Made by a program: the position numbers and the translations under genes. Below, one piece after another: positions 61,160-64,000 of a stretch of DNA of 64,000 nt; position 1 is the first letter of the stretch; each line of letters begins with the position of its first letter. Below the pieces are notes generated by a model. That model was not told where the DNA came from and did not search any database. It saw only the letters and a program-made list of their open reading frames with translations. Source of the stretch: Malacoraja senta (taxonomy: Eukaryota); NCBI GenBank assembly GCA_038087875.1, contig CM075992.1:2234001-2298000 (forward strand), written 5' to 3'.

Positions 61160-61792
61160 CGAATGGCATGTTGGCCTTTTTAACAAGAGGAATATAGGAG
61201 CAAAGAGGTCCTTCTGCAGTTGTACAGAGCCCTAGTGAGACCACACCTGGAGTATTGTGTGCAGTTTTGGTCCCCTGATTTGAGGAAGGACATTCTTGCT
61301 ATTGTGGGAGTGCAGCGTAGGTTCACGAGGTTAATTCCCGGGATGGGGGGGGTGTCATATGTTGAAAGAATGGAGCGGCTGGCCTTGTATACACTGAAAT
61401 TTAGAAGGATGAGAGGGGATCTTATTGAAACATATAAGATTATTAAGGGCTTGGACACGCTAGAGGCAGGAAAAACGTTCCCGATGTTGGGGGGAGTGCA
61501 GAACCAGGGGCCACAGTTTAAGAATAAGGGGTAGGCCATTTAGAACAGAGATAAGGCAAACTTTTTCACCCAGAGTTGTGAATCTGTGGAATTCTCTGCC
61601 TCAGAAGGCAGTGGAGACCAATTCTCTGGATGTTTTCAAGAGAGTGTTACAGTAGATAGAGCTCTTAAAGATAGCAGAGTCAAGGGGTATGGGGAGAAGG
61701 CAGGAACGGGGTACAGATTGTGGATGATCAGCCATGATCACAGTGCTGGCTCGAAGGGCCGAAGGGCCTACTCCTGCATCTATTGTCTATTG
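61160..61792 (+). mobile_element. CR1 (HER1-like) LINE 3' fragment
   Basis: LYRALVRPHLEYCVQFWSPDLRKDILAIVGVQRRFTRLIPGM..., with a CTATTGT tail. Confidence 0.92.
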
Positions 61793-64000
61793 TTTCCACG
61801 CTGTATCTTTAAACTAAACTAAAGATGACATTTAGCCTCTGTGAGATAGAGTTTTGTCAAAGCACAGCAGAACTGCTCCTGTTGATGTGTTTTGATGACA
61901 ATGTCTGGGATGGATCTTAGACTGAGTTAGACTGAGTACCTGGAGGGGAAAGGTTGAGGCGCTCACCGTCAAGTTAGCAGTTAGTGAAGAGCAGGTCTGG
62001 AATGTGTAAGAGGCCACAATGAGGGGGGCAGAGGAGAGAATTCTGTTGAAAACTTTCTCAGTGTTATAGAAATGCCAAGAAGTCCAAGGTATTGGAAAAG
62101 ATTCCAGGCGTTCTGCACCACTAGCATCCTCCACACACGGGATACCAGGCCATATACGCTGCTCCAGCCACACTCAGTGAGGTACTGGGTAAGCACAGCT
62201 CCCATGTAGTAGGAGCTATTAGCTTTGGACAGGTTCTGCTTTGAGTCATCCATGAGGGACTAATTGAAGAAGGAACATTTCAAACACACACCATATCTTC
62301 CATCCAGACACCCACGAGAGAGAGGGAAAATTCAGGAGCAGGATGTGGGCGATATGGGGAAAGTGCCATTGAAATGATGATGACTTTGTTGACTATTTTA
62401 ATCCCATTTTGTACATACATAAGGACACCAAGTGCTGGAGCAACTCAGCGGGTCAGGCAGCAACTCTGGAGAATGTGTACTGTATAGGAGACATTTTGGG
62501 TTGAAACCCTTGTTCCCTTTTGTACTTTCAAACTGTACTCATTTGATCAGTTGCAAGTGGTCTATTTAAAGAGAGAATGTGAGTTTGGCTTATATTTACT
62601 GGTAGAGTCTTGTAGTTTAGAGATACAGCGAGGAAACAGGCCCTTCAGCCCACCGAGTCTGCAAAAAACAGCGATCCCCGCACGCTTACACTATCCTACA
62701 CACACTAATGACAATTTACAATGATATCAAGCCAATTAACCTACAAATCTGCATGCCTTTGGAATCTATGACAAGGCTGAGTGTTGATGGGATGGGGGAG
62801 GAATTTGCCTGAGAGGCTGAGTATTTTTTTTCTCATTCTAAATGGCGCAAATGCAATTGCAGCCTTTAACTGAACCCTGGCCTTTGTCCTGGTCTGGTCT
62901 GGTTTGGTTTAAGAAGTCAAGTCATGCTCTGTGCTGCTCTGATTCTCATTTAACCTGAGGCTGTGAACTGTGTCCAAGGTGGAACACACTGACGGCCTTT
63001 GTCACAGGCCCAGTGGGGGTAAATGTTGGCAGAGCAAAGCCTCCTTTACTCTCTGGTTCCAGCCCAAATATGCTTGCTATTACCGAACCCGAACTCTGAA
63101 GTTGAGAGCAGACAGTGTGGGAAGAGCTCTCTGCATCTTTGTCATAGACACTCACTATGAGAGTCTGGTGTGTGTTCACTTGGGACGGGGAATTTTATTC
63201 AGCATAACCCACATTTCCTGACAGACTATACATCTATAAGCTTACAGTATTCTGGAAGGGTCTTTAAGAATACACCTGGCAATTTTTCAACCACTGTTTC
63301 CGAAGTGCAGTGAGCTCATGACTCACAGCTGAGTCTGTGAAAGGTCTTTCGTTGCCACATGAAGCCTCAATTCCTGCTCACAGCAAGCTCACAATATGCA
63401 CCAGTTTCACACCAGCACCTGGCATTGTCTTATCACCAACAGTACAGAGAGTTTTGCTGATGGGTTGGTGACGTGAAACCTCACCTCTCTTTCTCCCTGG
63501 AAGACAGACACAAAATGCTGGAGTAACTCAGCGGGGCAGGCAGCATCTGTGGAGAGAAGGAACGGGTGACGTTTCGGGTCGAGACCCTTCTTCAGTATGA
63601 AGGAAGGCTGGGCAGAGGGAAAGGCAAGGATCCAAGGGATGTGAGGACAGTGGAGGAAATATTCCTGAGGTTCATCGGCTGACTTGAATTTACATTTATT
63701 CCAGGCCAATTAACCTACAATCCTGTACGTCTTTGGAGTGTGGGAGGAAACCGGAGCACCCGGAGAAAACCCACGCAGGTCACAGGGAGAACGAACAAAC
63801 TCTGTACAGGCAGGTCAAGTCAAGTCAAGTCAAGACAAGTTTTATTCGTCATGAATTTGCCAGCAGTGGTACCATAAAAAAAGAACACACAAAAACACAA
63901 TAAAACATTTAACACAAACATCCACCACAGCATTCATCACTGGGGTGGAAGGCACAAAAATTGGCCAGTCCTCCTCCATTTTCCCCCGTGGTCGGGACCA

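Noticed and set aside
61832..62253. Minus-strand ORFs as host exons
   Set aside because: They are frameshifted with no clear splice structure. They may be a decayed L1/Tx1-type remnant, but are too weak to call.
10800..64000. Exons of genes neighbouring S1PR2 in mammals (DNMT1, MRPL4)
   Set aside because: No recognisable peptides were found, although short exons below the ORF-track cutoff could have been missed by eye.

Overview
Vertebrate genomic DNA, most likely from a cartilaginous fish (skate/ray type, inferred from the HE1-like SINEs, HER1/CR1 LINEs and the rest of the repeat set). There is one clear host gene: an intronless-CDS GPCR, sphingosine-1-phosphate receptor 2 (S1PR2, 9517-10602, minus strand), with a candidate splice acceptor at 10745 and a candidate poly(A) signal at 7405. 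Its non-coding first exon could not be fixed; several candidates lie upstream. The rest of the window is mostly transposon debris: CR1, L2, Rex1/Babar, HERO-type, Penelope (GIY-YIG), tRNA-derived SINEs, Helitron and hAT/Harbinger-type ends, microsatellites, and a 200-N gap. The two most interesting signals are RNA structures. First, the 3' UTR of a HERO-type retrotransposon remnant (14866-14955) contains all hammerhead ribozyme core segments, but in a rearranged, pseudoknotted strand order. Second, dozens of short Penelope-derived elements carry a minimal hammerhead core (CTGAAGA-A-stem II-GAAACGTY) and are often fold-back palindromes with long flanking duplications. All calls were made by eye; no searches or folding programs were run.
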